Source of the DNA: an uncultured delta proteobacterium
Lineage (GTDB): Bacteria; Desulfobacterota; Syntrophia; Syntrophales; Smithellaceae
Assembly (NCBI GenBank): GCA_963812045.1
Contig: CAWETF010000003.1
Coordinates: 348,881 to 412,880, forward strand
Length of the DNA stretch: 64,000 nt
Direction of reading: 5' to 3'
Under the pieces are notes generated by a model. The model saw only the letters and a list, made by a program, of their open reading frames with translations, had not been told where the DNA came from and ran no database searches. The translations under genes were made by a program, and so were the position numbers. Shown here in pieces: positions 26,151 to 37,157 of the stretch. How positions within the stretch are numbered: the first letter of the stretch is position 1; the number at the start of each line of letters is the position of its first letter.

Positions 26151-27086
26151 ATGATTACCGACTTCTATCACGAGCCGGTAATGGTTAAAGAAGTTATTAA
26201 ATCGCTTTTAGTCAGTAGAACGGGAATTTATGTTGATTGCACTTTAGGGGGTGCAGGTCACGCTTACGCGATACTTAAACAAACGGATGCTTTGCTTGTG
26301 GGAATTGATTGCGACGAGGATGCGCTGCAGTTCTCGGAAAGAAAACTCGCAGAATTCGGTTCGCGCAAAGTTTTAGTAAAAGCGAATTTTGCTAATTTAG
26401 ACAATATACTAAAAAATTTAAATATAAAAAAAGTTGATGGCGTTCTCATGGATTTAGGCGTCTCTTCCCATCAACTCGATGCAGATCAGAGAGGTTTTAG
26501 TTTTAGCCAGAAAGCGCCTCTGGACATGCGGATGGATCGCAGTCTAAAAATAAGCGCTTACGATATTGTCAACAATTTTGTGCAAAGCGAGCTGGAAAAT
26601 ATTATCAGGTTTTACGGGGAAGAAAAAATGGCGGCAAGAATAGCCAGAACAATATCGAAAAAAAGACAATTTTCGCCCATTGAAACAACAACAGACCTGG
26701 CGGCGATAGTCGCTTCCTGCATGCCTGCGAAATTAAAATGGCAGAAAATTCATCCCGCCACGAGAACTTTTCAAGCCATAAGAATCGCCGTAAATAACGA
26801 ACTGGAAAACATTAGACCGGCGATGAACGCTGCCGCTGATGCGTTGAATCCGGGCGGCCGCCTTTGCGTTATCTCGTTTCATTCTCTGGAAGATCGAATC
26901 GTCAAAAACGAAATTCGCGCCCTGCAAGGCGGTTGTACTTGTCCGAAAGATGTGCCGGTTTGTGTTTGTCAAAGAGAAGCGAAACTCAAGAATCTGACGC
27001 CGAAACCGATCATTCCATCACCTGAAGAGGTGGAAGCCAACGCACGCGCCCGAAGCGCCAAATTACGCGTAGCCGGGAGACTATAA
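26151..27086 (+). CDS. rsmH: 16S rRNA (cytosine1402-N4)-methyltransferase RsmH
   Basis: HEPVMVKEV, DCTLGGAGHA, LMDLGVSSHQLD, SFHSLEDRIVK. Confidence 0.93.
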   Translation: MITDFYHEPVMVKEVIKSLLVSRTGIYVDCTLGGAGHAYAILKQTDALLVGIDCDEDALQFSERKLAEFGSRKVLVKANFANLDNILKNLNIKKVDGVLMDLGVSSHQLDADQRGFSFSQKAPLDMRMDRSLKISAYDIVNNFVQSELENIIRFYGEEKMAARIARTISKKRQFSPIETTTDLAAIVASCMPAKLKWQKIHPATRTFQAIRIAVNNELENIRPAMNAAADALNPGGRLCVISFHSLEDRIVKNEIRALQGGCTCPKDVPVCVCQREAKLKNLTPKPIIPSPEEVEANARARSAKLRVAGRL

Positions 27087-27087
27087 A

Positions 27088-27438
27088 ATGGCATCACAAT
27101 CCGCACAGTCCGTTGGAACAAAAGCGATTCCCCACTTCGAAGAAGTCAAGGAAAATACTTTAGGTATAAAGTATTCGACTTTCATTATCTTTGCCCTGGT
27201 GCTCATGTTTGTTGCTTTAATTTATGTGGGTTCTCATATCCATATGACGGAACTGGAATACAGTATTGCTACGGAGTTAAGTGCCCAGCAACAACAACTG
27301 GAAGAACAGAAAAAGTTAAGATTGGAATACGCGATGCTTAAATCACCGCAGCGCATTGAAAGCATTATGAGAAGTAAATTGCAGATGTCCTATCCTGATA
27401 ATGATCAGATCATTGTTTTGAAAAAATCGGGAGAATGA
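27088..27438 (+). CDS. ftsL: cell division protein FtsL-like
   Basis: 116 aa. Single TM helix (FIIFALVLMFVALIYVG) followed by a coiled coil. The position between rsmH and ftsI supports the call. Confidence 0.7.
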   Translation: MASQSAQSVGTKAIPHFEEVKENTLGIKYSTFIIFALVLMFVALIYVGSHIHMTELEYSIATELSAQQQQLEEQKKLRLEYAMLKSPQRIESIMRSKLQMSYPDNDQIIVLKKSGE

Positions 27439-27439
27439 T

Positions 27440-29428
27440 ATGGCGAGTGAATCGAGAAAATGGCTGAAATTCAAAATTGTCATGATTTTCATTTTTTTTC
27501 TCGTATTGTTTGTAGCTTTGATATCACGCGCTTTTCAGCTGCAGGTTTTGTCCGGACAGAAACTGAAGAAATTAGCGACAAAGCAACACACCTCTGTGCT
27601 TCAGTTGCAGCCGGAAAGAGGCATAATTTATGACCGCAACGGCGAGAAGCTTGCCGTGTCCGTCATGGCGAATTCGGTTTGCGCCGATCCTTCCAAAATA
27701 GTTGATCCCGTTAAAACTTCCACACAAATTGCGGAAATCCTCAATCTGGACGGTGAGACTGTTCTTAAAAAGTTGTCTTCTCAGAAAAACTTTTGCTGGC
27801 TGTCCAGAAGAATCCCGCCGGATCAGGCGGATGCCGTGGAGAAAGCCGAAATTGAAGGAATCTTTCTCGTGAAGGAACCCAGACGTTTTTATCCCAACGG
27901 CGAATTAGCGGCACATTTGCTTGGATTTGTCGGTTTGGATGCCAATGGACTGGAAGGTCTGGAAAGTAAATATGATGCATCTCTGAAAGGGAAGCCCCAA
28001 ATGCTGTCATGGGCCAGAGATGCAAAAGGCAAAAAATTGTTTCTGCGCGTAGAGAAGAATGAAACACAAAAAGATGAAAATGTGAATCTTGTACTGACCA
28101 TTGATAATCGCATTCAATATCTGGTGGAAACTCATTTGAGGGAAGCTGTTTTGAACAAGGGCGCCAAGGCGGGACTGGCTATTGTCATGGATCCCAAGAC
28201 CGGCGAGATCCTGGCCATGGCCAATCAACTGGGATTCAATCCCAATAATGTCGAGGGACTGACTCCGGAAAGATGGCGTAACCGCGCCGTTACCGATAAC
28301 TTCGATCCGGGTTCGACCTTCAAGCCTTTCGTGGTAGCCGCAGCCCTGGAAGAGAAAGTTATCAAGGAAACGGATAAATTTTACTGTGAAAACGGAAATT
28401 ATAAAGTGGCGAATCGCGTTATCCATGAAGCAAACAAAAAACGTCATGGAGTGCTGGCGGTGCCCGATATATTAAAATACTCCAGCAATATCGGCGCTGC
28501 AAAAATTGCTCAAAAAATGGGCAAAGAAAGATTTTATAACTACATTCAAAAATTCGGTTTTGGAACGAAAACAGGTATTGATCTGCCTGGTGAAACTTCC
28601 GGGTTGTTGCGGCCGGTGCAAAACTGGGTGCCTGTGGATACGGCAATGATCGGTTTCGGCCAGGGAATTTCGGTAACGGCAATTCAGTTAATTTCCGCCA
28701 TGTCGGCCATTGCCAACGATGGAGTCTTAATGAAGCCTTACGTTGTACGCGGTATTGCCGACAATGATAACCACCTTGTCAAACTTTATACACCGGCGGT
28801 CGTGCGCAAGGTTGTTTCTCCAGATACGGCGAAACGTCTCACCAGGATGCTGACGGAGGTCGTCAGCGCTTCCGACGGAACCGGCAAAAACGCGCGTATT
28901 GTCAATGTTTCCGTTGCCGGCAAGACGGGCACTGCTCAAAAATTTGACTTCTCCCGTAACGTATATTCTTCAGAAAAAGTCCGTACATCTTTTATAGGAT
29001 TTTTCCCGGCAGAAAATCCGCAGGTCGCCATTCTGGTAATTCTTGACGAGCCTCAAAGAGACAAATGGGGCGGTGTCGCCGCCGCCCCGGTGTTTAAAAA
29101 TATCGGTGAACAGATTCTCAATTGCTTTAAAACAAATATCAGAGAAACTCCCGCTCCTGTTCCTGTTTTTGACAAAGAGAAGACGGATAAAGTACAGCTC
29201 GTTTCGACGCAGCAGACTTTGATTTCACAGAGCACCGCTGAAGATGGTGAGCCGGCTATGCCTAATTTTGTCGGTTTGACGATCAGGGAAGCGATGAAAA
29301 AGGCGAAAACTGAATCAATAGATCTTAAGATATCGGGCAATGGCTGGGCAGTGCGTCAGTACCCGCCTGCACATGCGCCTTTAGGCGAAGAACGCTTATG
29401 CAGTGTCGTTTTTGAGCTGAATAATTGA
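27440..29428 (+). CDS. ftsI: penicillin-binding protein 3-type transpeptidase FtsI with C-terminal PASTA domain
   Basis: SxxK (GSTFKPF), SxN (YSSNIGA), KTG (AGKTGTAQ). The C-terminal PNFVGLTIREAMKKAK...ISGNGWAVRQYP is PASTA-like. Confidence 0.9.
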   Translation: MASESRKWLKFKIVMIFIFFLVLFVALISRAFQLQVLSGQKLKKLATKQHTSVLQLQPERGIIYDRNGEKLAVSVMANSVCADPSKIVDPVKTSTQIAEILNLDGETVLKKLSSQKNFCWLSRRIPPDQADAVEKAEIEGIFLVKEPRRFYPNGELAAHLLGFVGLDANGLEGLESKYDASLKGKPQMLSWARDAKGKKLFLRVEKNETQKDENVNLVLTIDNRIQYLVETHLREAVLNKGAKAGLAIVMDPKTGEILAMANQLGFNPNNVEGLTPERWRNRAVTDNFDPGSTFKPFVVAAALEEKVIKETDKFYCENGNYKVANRVIHEANKKRHGVLAVPDILKYSSNIGAAKIAQKMGKERFYNYIQKFGFGTKTGIDLPGETSGLLRPVQNWVPVDTAMIGFGQGISVTAIQLISAMSAIANDGVLMKPYVVRGIADNDNHLVKLYTPAVVRKVVSPDTAKRLTRMLTEVVSASDGTGKNARIVNVSVAGKTGTAQKFDFSRNVYSSEKVRTSFIGFFPAENPQVAILVILDEPQRDKWGGVAAAPVFKNIGEQILNCFKTNIRETPAPVPVFDKEKTDKVQLVSTQQTLISQSTAEDGEPAMPNFVGLTIREAMKKAKTESIDLKISGNGWAVRQYPPAHAPLGEERLCSVVFELNN

Positions 29429-29435
29429 GGTTTGA

Positions 29436-30965
29436 ATGAGACTGACTCGTTTAATGGAGGGACTGAACATAATAAATATTTCAGAAGAAACTTCAAAAGA
29501 AGTTTCTTCTGTATGTTTTTCCGCGGAAAAATGTGAGAGTGGTTCTCTGTTTGTGGCTGTTCCCGGTTTAAAGAGTGACGGGCATGATTTTATTCCGGAA
29601 GCGATAACCCGTGGTGCGCAGTTTATTGTTTGCGAGAAAGATATGCAATTACCTTCTCAGGTAACAGCCATTAAAGTATCTGACAGCCGGCGCGCCCTGA
29701 GTATTTTAGCCAAAAATTATTTTGGCAATCCATCCGGCAATTTGGTGCTTGTTGCTGTTATGGGAACAAACGGTAAAACGACAATCACCTATCTTCTGGA
29801 ATCCATATTGAAAGAGGCAGGTTTCAACTGTGGCGTATTGGGTACGGTTAATTATCGTTATAATGATAAAAATTATCCCGCGCCCAATACCACGCCGGAA
29901 TCTTACGAATTCCAGAGAATTATGAGCGCGATGGCCGATGACGGCATTACCCATGTTATAGCAGAAGTTTCCTCTCATGCCGTTGACTTGAAAAGAGTTG
30001 ATGACTGCGATTTCGACCTGGGTGTTTTTACCAACCTGACCCGTGACCATCTTGATTATCATTTAACCATGGAAAATTACTTTCAGGCGAAAAAACGATT
30101 TTTTGCCGAAATTTTGCCTCAGAGTAAAAAAGTTCATTCGCAAAAAATGGTTATCAACGCCGATGATCAGTGGGGACAGAGGCTTTTGCAGGAAGTATCT
30201 GTGCCGGCATTGACGTACGGAATAGAAAACGATTACGCAATTAGAGCAGCGAACTATGAATTGTCATTAACAGGAATAAAAGCCCAAATTAATTTGGCAG
30301 GAGAAACCGTTTTCATTGATTCGCCCTTAATAGGCAAGTTTAATCTCTACAATATATTGGCCGCCGTTGGAGCGGCCTTTATTTTACATGTTCCTTATCC
30401 TGTTATTAAAAGAGGGATTGAGAATTTGTCCAATGTGCCCGGAAGGCTGGAAAAAGTTTCTTCTCCTGATGGCGTCAATATTTTTGTTGATTACGCTCAT
30501 ACGGATGATGCTTTGAGACGCGTGCTGCAGAATTTATCGGAACTTAAGAAAAAAAGAATCATCACTGTTTTCGGCTGCGGAGGAAACAGAGACCGGGGCA
30601 AAAGACCGCTCATGGGTGAAGCAGCCACAAGCTACAGTGATTTAACCATAATAACTTCCGATAATCCTCGCCTGGAAGATCCCCTGGCCATCATTGCGGA
30701 AATAGAAACAGGCATTGATTCGGGCAGAATACAAAAGACCGCGCCGGACAAACTGCAATTAAAGAATGGTACTCACGGCTATACGATAATTCCCGAACGG
30801 AGAAAGGCCATTGAAGCGGCACTGGGTGTTGCCCAAAACGGAGATATTGTTTTAATCGCGGGCAAGGGGCACGAAGATTACCAGATTTTGGGAACTGAAA
30901 AGCTGCCCTTTGATGATCGCGTTGTCGTAGCGCAGACTTTAAAATTAAGGAGTCAATTACAATAA
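29436..30965 (+). CDS. murE: UDP-N-acetylmuramoyl-tripeptide synthetase MurE
   Basis: GTNGKTT P-loop, TSDNPRLEDP (the DNPR motif typical of meso-DAP-adding MurE), GKGHE. Confidence 0.92.
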   Translation: MRLTRLMEGLNIINISEETSKEVSSVCFSAEKCESGSLFVAVPGLKSDGHDFIPEAITRGAQFIVCEKDMQLPSQVTAIKVSDSRRALSILAKNYFGNPSGNLVLVAVMGTNGKTTITYLLESILKEAGFNCGVLGTVNYRYNDKNYPAPNTTPESYEFQRIMSAMADDGITHVIAEVSSHAVDLKRVDDCDFDLGVFTNLTRDHLDYHLTMENYFQAKKRFFAEILPQSKKVHSQKMVINADDQWGQRLLQEVSVPALTYGIENDYAIRAANYELSLTGIKAQINLAGETVFIDSPLIGKFNLYNILAAVGAAFILHVPYPVIKRGIENLSNVPGRLEKVSSPDGVNIFVDYAHTDDALRRVLQNLSELKKKRIITVFGCGGNRDRGKRPLMGEAATSYSDLTIITSDNPRLEDPLAIIAEIETGIDSGRIQKTAPDKLQLKNGTHGYTIIPERRKAIEAALGVAQNGDIVLIAGKGHEDYQILGTEKLPFDDRVVVAQTLKLRSQLQ

Positions 30966-30969
30966 ATTG

Positions 30970-32433
30970 ATGAAGAATGATTCGCCAGTATTTTCATTAG
31001 ACGACGTATTGAAAGCAACAGCCGGAATTTTAATTTCCGGAGAGACCGGAAATACGTTTTACGGAATTTCTACGGATTCGCGATTGATAAACAAAGGAAA
31101 TCTCTTTGTCGCGTTGAAAGGAGAAAATTTCGACGGTCATGATTTTGCGGGAAAGGCCGTCAAACAGGGGGCTGCCGGAATTCTGGCGCATGATGAAGAA
31201 AAAATTAATCAAATACCGGCCAACAAAAAGTTTGCCGTGATTAAAGTTGCCGACACATTAACTGCGCTGGGAGATCTGGCCCATGTTTGGAGAAAGCGAT
31301 TTTCCATACCGGTTATCGGATTGACGGGTTCTTCGGGAAAAACGACAACCAAAGAAATGATCGCGGCAATCATTGGCAGGAAGAAAAATATTTTGAAGAC
31401 CGAAGGGAATTTAAACAATCTGATTGGTCTACCCCAGACGATATTTCGTCTGATATCGCAACATGAATTGATGGTTCTGGAGATGGGGACGAATACCAGA
31501 GGAGAAATAAAAAGACTTACGCGAATTGCCGAGCCGAATATAGGATTGATCACCAACATTGGCCCTGCGCATCTGGAGGGATTCGGTTCCATGGATGCTG
31601 TCCGGGAAGAAAAAAACGATCTGTTTTTTAATATGCCGTCTTCCGGAATGGCCGTCATTAATCTTGATGATGAGGCTATTGCGACAGCGTCCGAGAAATG
31701 GAACGGCAGGAAGATAACTTTCAGTATGAGTCCCAACGCGGATGTTACTGTCAACGATATAGAAAAGAACGGTGTGAAAGGAATGCGCTTTAACCTGGTT
31801 ATCGGCGGTAACGCGCAGAAAGTGGAGATGAAGATTGCCGGTGTTCATCATGTATATGATGCCATGGCGTCAGCAGCCGCGGCTGTTGCCGCAGGCTTTG
31901 ATCTTCAGACAATATCGGAGGGGCTGGCCGCTTTCCGGCCGTTTAGTGGACGCATGGAAATGATCAAACTGCATAACGGCGCTTTTCTGCTGGATGATTC
32001 ATACAACGCAAATCCCGCTTCAGTGCGGGAAGCGTTGATGACATTGAAAGATTTAAAAGCGAACCATAACGGTTATGTGTTTCTGGGAGACATGCTGGAG
32101 TTGGGAGATCAGACGGAAGAAATGCATCGAAGGATTGGGATGTTGATAGCGACTATCGGCATCAAATCCCTTTTTCTTCAGGGTGATTTTTCAAAGGTGA
32201 CCGCCTCCGGCGCCACGGAAGGAGGCCTGTCGCCCGAAAATATTTTCTTTTTATCCGGAGATGAAAACGGCAGCGCTTATTTAAAGGCGCATCTGAAAAA
32301 AGGAGACTGGATTCTGGTCAAAGGTTCCCGCCGGATGAAAATGGAAAAGTTTGTGACTCAGATATGTGATGATTTCGGCAGTGATAAAATTGACGGAAAT
32401 AAAAAAACGATTAATCAATCAGGAGTAAATTAA
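30970..32433 (+). CDS. murF: UDP-N-acetylmuramoyl-tripeptide--D-alanyl-D-alanine ligase MurF
   Basis: [21 protein letters not shown]. Start taken as the ATG at 30970 (the track lists TTG 30967). Confidence 0.92.
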   Translation: MKNDSPVFSLDDVLKATAGILISGETGNTFYGISTDSRLINKGNLFVALKGENFDGHDFAGKAVKQGAAGILAHDEEKINQIPANKKFAVIKVADTLTALGDLAHVWRKRFSIPVIGLTGSSGKTTTKEMIAAIIGRKKNILKTEGNLNNLIGLPQTIFRLISQHELMVLEMGTNTRGEIKRLTRIAEPNIGLITNIGPAHLEGFGSMDAVREEKNDLFFNMPSSGMAVINLDDEAIATASEKWNGRKITFSMSPNADVTVNDIEKNGVKGMRFNLVIGGNAQKVEMKIAGVHHVYDAMASAAAAVAAGFDLQTISEGLAAFRPFSGRMEMIKLHNGAFLLDDSYNANPASVREALMTLKDLKANHNGYVFLGDMLELGDQTEEMHRRIGMLIATIGIKSLFLQGDFSKVTASGATEGGLSPENIFFLSGDENGSAYLKAHLKKGDWILVKGSRRMKMEKFVTQICDDFGSDKIDGNKKTINQSGVN

Positions 32434-32434
32434 A

Positions 32435-33514
32435 TTGATTTACCATTTATTATATCCTTTGCATGTCACGTTTTCGTTTTTTAACGTGTTCCGTTATATA
32501 ACGTTTCGGACTATTTTTGCGTCCATTACGGCGCTTTTGATTTCGTTGTTTTTCGGTCAATGGATGATCCAGAAATTGCAGGAAATGCAAATCGGCCAGC
32601 AGATAAGGGATGATGGGCCGCAAAGTCATCTTGCCAAGAAGGGCACTCCAACCATGGGAGGAATATTAATCATCCTTTCCGTGGTGATCTCCACGCTGCT
32701 CTGGACAAACCTTTCCGATGTTTATGTCTGGATTATATTGCTGGTAACGCTCGGCTATGGATTAATTGGTTTTATTGATGATTACAGAAAACTTGCCGGT
32801 AAGAGTTCCAAGGGTGTTTCCGGGAAAACAAGATTAACCGCGGAAATAATGATCGCTTTGTTTGTCAGCGTGGTTCTTTATTTTAAACCGGGTTTTAATT
32901 CGCAGATAACAATTCCTTTTTTCAAAACGGTGCTGCCGAATCTGGGTTGGGGTTATGTTTTGCTTTCCACATTTATCATAGTCGGCGCGGCCAATGCCGT
33001 AAATTTAACAGATGGTCTGGATGGTCTGGCTATTGGTCCGGTGGTAATCTGTTTTGCCACATATTTGCTTTTTGCCTATTTTGCCGGAAACGTGAAAGTT
33101 GCTTCTTATTTGCAGATAGTCCATGTTTCCGGCGCCGGCGAGCTGGCGGTTTTTTGCGGGGCTATCATCGGCGCGGGCTTGGGATTTCTGTGGTTCAACG
33201 CCTATCCCGCGGAAGTTTTCATGGGAGATGTCGGTTCCCTTTCGCTCGGCGGTGCGCTGGGTACGATAGCGATTATAACCAAGCAGGAAATATTGTTGGC
33301 TATTGTCGGCGGGATATTTGTTATGGAAACTTTTTCGGTTATTTTTCAGGTCGGTTATTTCAAAATGACCGGCGGGAAGCGAATCTTGCGGATGGCGCCT
33401 CTGCATCACCATTTCGAACTGAAGGGATGGGCGGAACCGAAAGTCATTGTGAGGTTCTGGATTATATCCATTTTACTGGCCTTACTGGCCATGAGTACCT
33501 TGAAGTTGCGTTAG
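32435..33514 (+). CDS. mraY: phospho-N-acetylmuramoyl-pentapeptide transferase MraY
   Basis: Polytopic membrane protein. [39 protein letters not shown]. Confidence 0.95.
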   Translation: MIYHLLYPLHVTFSFFNVFRYITFRTIFASITALLISLFFGQWMIQKLQEMQIGQQIRDDGPQSHLAKKGTPTMGGILIILSVVISTLLWTNLSDVYVWIILLVTLGYGLIGFIDDYRKLAGKSSKGVSGKTRLTAEIMIALFVSVVLYFKPGFNSQITIPFFKTVLPNLGWGYVLLSTFIIVGAANAVNLTDGLDGLAIGPVVICFATYLLFAYFAGNVKVASYLQIVHVSGAGELAVFCGAIIGAGLGFLWFNAYPAEVFMGDVGSLSLGGALGTIAIITKQEILLAIVGGIFVMETFSVIFQVGYFKMTGGKRILRMAPLHHHFELKGWAEPKVIVRFWIISILLALLAMSTLKLR

Positions 33515-33521
33515 AGGAAAT

Positions 33522-34865
33522 ATGGATTTTACCGGCAAGAAAATAATTGTAATCGGCATGGGTAAAACCGGAATTGCCACAGCTCGTTTTTTAGGAAAAC
33601 AGGGCGCAAAGGTTGTGGTAACGGACGAAAAACCTGTTGATCAATGGAGCGTTGAATTCAAGCAAATTGCCCAGGAAAAATGGCTGGAAGTCGGCGACTA
33701 TAATCCCCGTATTTTAACAGGTGCCTGTATCGTTATTCCTTCCCCCGGAGTTGCTCCGGACAATGAAATATTGGTTGAGGCGCTGAAAAGGAATATACCT
33801 GTTATCAGCGAAATTGAGCTGGCTTACCTGGTTTTAAAAGTTCCGTTAATCGCTGTTACCGGCACGAACGGTAAGACAACGACGACGACGCTGTTGGGTG
33901 AAATTTTGCGTAAGTCGGGAAAGAAAGCGTTTGTCGGCGGCAATATCGGCACTCCTTTGATTGAATATGCTGAAACCCCTCAGACGGATGATTTCATTGT
34001 TGCGGAAATAAGCAGTTTCCAGCTCCAGTGGATAAAAAAATTCCGGCCATTTATCGCGGTACTTTTGAATATTACCTGCGATCATATCAATTATCATGGA
34101 TCTTTTGCCGAGTATCACCGCGTTAAGGCCAGAATATTCGCCAATCAGACAAAAACAGATTGGGCAATTTTAAATGCCGCGGATCCGGAGCAGGAAGATA
34201 TGGACAGAGTCATTAATGCGCAAGTTGTAAAGTTTAGTTCTAAGAATTGTTTGCCCCGGGGAATATTTATTAAAAATAAAGATATTGTTTTGAGAATTCC
34301 CGGGCAAAAAGAAGAGAAATATTCTTTGAGCATTATTAATCTTCCCGGCCTGCATAATGTGGAAAATGTCATGGCGGCGATAGTGGCGGCGCGTTTGTGC
34401 GGCTGTTCTCAGGAAGATATCATAGCGGCAGTCGGAGATTTCCGCGGATTGCCGCACCGGATCGAATTCGCGGGAGCGAAGAATTCAATCAAATTCTATG
34501 ATGATTCCAAAGGAACGAATGTCGGCTCCGTTTTACGCGCGCTGGAGACATTTGCCCAGCCCGTAATTTTACTTTTGGGAGGCCGTGATAAAGATGGTGA
34601 TTTTGAATCTCTTCGGCCGTTAATTAAGACAAAGACTAAAAAAGTAATTTTATTCGGCGAAGCGCGTGAACGTATTGCGTCGTTGATCGGCGGTGATGTG
34701 CCGGTTTTGAAAAAAACGAAATTACGGGAAGCTGTCCAGAGCGCTTATCAAGAGGCTCAATCAGGCGATGTTGTTTTGCTTTCTCCCGGCTGCGCCAGTT
34801 TTGACGAGTTTGCCAATTACAAAGAACGAGGCAATTTTTTCAAGGATGTAGTGAGGGATCTGTAA
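33522..34865 (+). CDS. murD: UDP-N-acetylmuramoylalanine--D-glutamate ligase MurD
   Basis: GMGKTG Rossmann N-terminus, GTNGKTTTTT, DDSKGTN. Confidence 0.92.
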   Translation: MDFTGKKIIVIGMGKTGIATARFLGKQGAKVVVTDEKPVDQWSVEFKQIAQEKWLEVGDYNPRILTGACIVIPSPGVAPDNEILVEALKRNIPVISEIELAYLVLKVPLIAVTGTNGKTTTTTLLGEILRKSGKKAFVGGNIGTPLIEYAETPQTDDFIVAEISSFQLQWIKKFRPFIAVLLNITCDHINYHGSFAEYHRVKARIFANQTKTDWAILNAADPEQEDMDRVINAQVVKFSSKNCLPRGIFIKNKDIVLRIPGQKEEKYSLSIINLPGLHNVENVMAAIVAARLCGCSQEDIIAAVGDFRGLPHRIEFAGAKNSIKFYDDSKGTNVGSVLRALETFAQPVILLLGGRDKDGDFESLRPLIKTKTKKVILFGEARERIASLIGGDVPVLKKTKLREAVQSAYQEAQSGDVVLLSPGCASFDEFANYKERGNFFKDVVRDL

Positions 34866-35972
34866 ATGGATGCTGTTATTAAACATAATGATGATAAATT
34901 GCCGGACATTATTCTGCTTTTGGTTACTTTAATTCTGGTGATTGTGGGAACGGCGATGATTTATTCTTCCAGTTCCATTATCGCGTTGGAAAAATTTAAA
35001 GACGGCCAGTATTTTTTAAAAAAACAACTTTTGTTCGTTTTTTTAGGTCTCACGTCCATGATCATTATGACTAAAGTTCCTTATACGCAATTAAGGAAAT
35101 TGGCTTATCCGGGAATATTATTGTCATTTGTATTGCTGGCCCTGTTACTGACACCTTTAGGAATGAGACGCGGAGGAGCCACCCGCTGGTTGAATTTATG
35201 CGGCTTTTCTTTCCAGGTAACCGAGATGGTTAAGATTGCGGTAGTGGTTTTTCTTGCGCACTTATTAACCAGAAAAGCGTATCAGCTGCAGAATTTCACC
35301 AGAGGAATTCTGGTTCCTTTATCCGTTATCGCTGCCGTAATCCTGCTCATTTTACTGGAACCTGATTTCGGCACTTCTGCTATTATCGCCACTATTTTGC
35401 TTTCGATGCTGTTTTTAGCGGGAGCCCAGATGAAACATCTTTTGTCTTTAATAGCTGCCTTTATTCCTATCGGAGTGGCGTTGATCTTCTACAAAGGATA
35501 CAGGCTGACGCGTTTAACCGCTTTTCTCGATCCGTGGAAAGACGCGGACAATACCGGTTTCCAAATTATCCAGTCGCTGCTCTCTTTTGGTTCAGGAGGG
35601 ACTTTTGGCGTGGGAATAGGCGACGGCATGCAGAAGTTATTTTATTTGCCGGAACCGCATACCGATTTTATTCTCTCGATCATTGCCGAAGAAAGCGGCT
35701 TTATCGGAGTGACTATTGTAATACTTATGTTCGCTATTTTTGCTTTTCGCGGTTTTATGATTGCCGCGAAAGCGCCCGATCTTTTCGGGACGTTGCTGGC
35801 TGCCGGAGTGACGATGGTAATTTCTTTGGAAGCGTTTATCAATATTGCCGGTGTCATGGGACTCATTCCGCTCAAAGGTCTGGTGTTGCCATTTTTGAGT
35901 TACGGCGGAACAGCATTTATCATGAGTATGACGGCTGTAGGTGTTTTACTGAATATTTCTACACAGACGTAG
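34866..35972 (+). CDS. ftsW: SEDS-family peptidoglycan glycosyltransferase FtsW
   Basis: 10-TM SEDS pattern (FQVTEMVKIAVVVFLA, LPEPHTDFILSIIAEE, PLKGLVLPFLSYGGT). Position within the dcw cluster supports the call. Confidence 0.9.
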   Translation: MDAVIKHNDDKLPDIILLLVTLILVIVGTAMIYSSSSIIALEKFKDGQYFLKKQLLFVFLGLTSMIIMTKVPYTQLRKLAYPGILLSFVLLALLLTPLGMRRGGATRWLNLCGFSFQVTEMVKIAVVVFLAHLLTRKAYQLQNFTRGILVPLSVIAAVILLILLEPDFGTSAIIATILLSMLFLAGAQMKHLLSLIAAFIPIGVALIFYKGYRLTRLTAFLDPWKDADNTGFQIIQSLLSFGSGGTFGVGIGDGMQKLFYLPEPHTDFILSIIAEESGFIGVTIVILMFAIFAFRGFMIAAKAPDLFGTLLAAGVTMVISLEAFINIAGVMGLIPLKGLVLPFLSYGGTAFIMSMTAVGVLLNISTQT

Positions 35973-36033
35973 TGAATGAAATATATATTTGTTACAGGAA
36001 GAGTTAAACGGATTTTGTTTTGTGGAGTAAAAA

Positions 36034-37134
36034 ATGCGCATTGTAATTGCGGGAGGCGGAACAGGCGGGCACTTATTTCCCGGAATTGCCATCGCTGAAG
36101 AATTTTTAAAAAGAGATGATAAAACAAAAATTATTTTTATCGGAACAAAAAAAGGCATTGAAAGTAAATTGCTTGAAAAGTTTGGTTATGAACTTAAGGA
36201 AATTGAAGTTGAAGGAGTTAAAGGACGGGGGATTAGGGCATTGGTAAAGGGCGCTTATCAGATTCCAAAAAGCATCTGGCAGTCAAGGCGGATTTTAAAA
36301 CAATTCGGTCCGCACATTGTTTTTGGCGTCGGTGGCTATGCTTCCGGTCCGGCTGTCCTTGCGGCTTATTTCATGAATATACCCACGGCCATTGCGGAAC
36401 AGAACGCCATTCCCGGCGTGACCAATAAGATACTGGGCAATTTTGCGGATAAAATATTCGTTACATATGCGCAGACGAAGGAGTGCTTTCCTCAAGCAAA
36501 AGTGATTTTAAGCGGCAACCCCATAAGGGCGTCGTTTGTCGCGGGACGCGGTCAGACAAAAGAAAAAAAAGATTACCGGCAACTGCTTATTTTCGGTGGA
36601 TCTCAGGGAGCTGAAGCCATCAATAAAAGTGTCATTGATATGCTGCCGCAGTTGCAGAATATGAAAAATAAGTTACGCATTCTTCATCAGACCGGCGCAA
36701 AACAGGCAGAAGAGATGAAAAAAGCTTATGAACAATTTGGTATTGAGGCGAAAGTCACAGACTTTATTGTTGACATGGCCGCAGCGTACACGGATGCGGA
36801 TTTAATCATTTGCCGGGCCGGCGCCACATCGCTTGCAGAGATCACCGCCGCAGGCAAGGCTGCTGTTTTGATTCCGTACCCGTGGGCAGCGAACGACCAT
36901 CAATTAAAAAATGCGCAGGCTCTGGCCGCCCAAGGCGCTGCTGCGCTGATTCCCGAGAAAGACCTTAGTGGTGTTAAATTATTCGGCGTGATTGAGAATC
37001 TGTTGTTGAATGAAAAGAAGCTTCGTCAGATGGAAGAAAATTCGTTGAGGATGAGCAGGATTGATGCGGCAGCAATAATAGTTGACAGTTGCGTTCAATT
37101 AATAGCTGGAAAAGATCGGGCATATAGTTCGTAA
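36034..37134 (+). CDS. murG: UDP-N-acetylglucosamine--lipid I transferase MurG
   Basis: IAGGGTGGHLFPGIAIAEE, FGGSQGA, ICRAGATSLAEI. Confidence 0.93.
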   Translation: MRIVIAGGGTGGHLFPGIAIAEEFLKRDDKTKIIFIGTKKGIESKLLEKFGYELKEIEVEGVKGRGIRALVKGAYQIPKSIWQSRRILKQFGPHIVFGVGGYASGPAVLAAYFMNIPTAIAEQNAIPGVTNKILGNFADKIFVTYAQTKECFPQAKVILSGNPIRASFVAGRGQTKEKKDYRQLLIFGGSQGAEAINKSVIDMLPQLQNMKNKLRILHQTGAKQAEEMKKAYEQFGIEAKVTDFIVDMAAAYTDADLIICRAGATSLAEITAAGKAAVLIPYPWAANDHQLKNAQALAAQGAAALIPEKDLSGVKLFGVIENLLLNEKKLRQMEENSLRMSRIDAAAIIVDSCVQLIAGKDRAYSS

Positions 37135-37157
37135 AAATATAAAGAGTATGGGGGAAA

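Noticed and set aside
32947-33546. Long alternative-frame ORFs inside conserved genes (e.g. 32947..33546, 35534..36007, 19030..19659, 19130..19711, 40395..41048, 41859..42344, 21012..21584)
   Set aside because: They lie within, or antisense to, strongly supported conserved genes. They have biased Arg/Gly/Ser composition typical of off-frame translation and lack RBSs.
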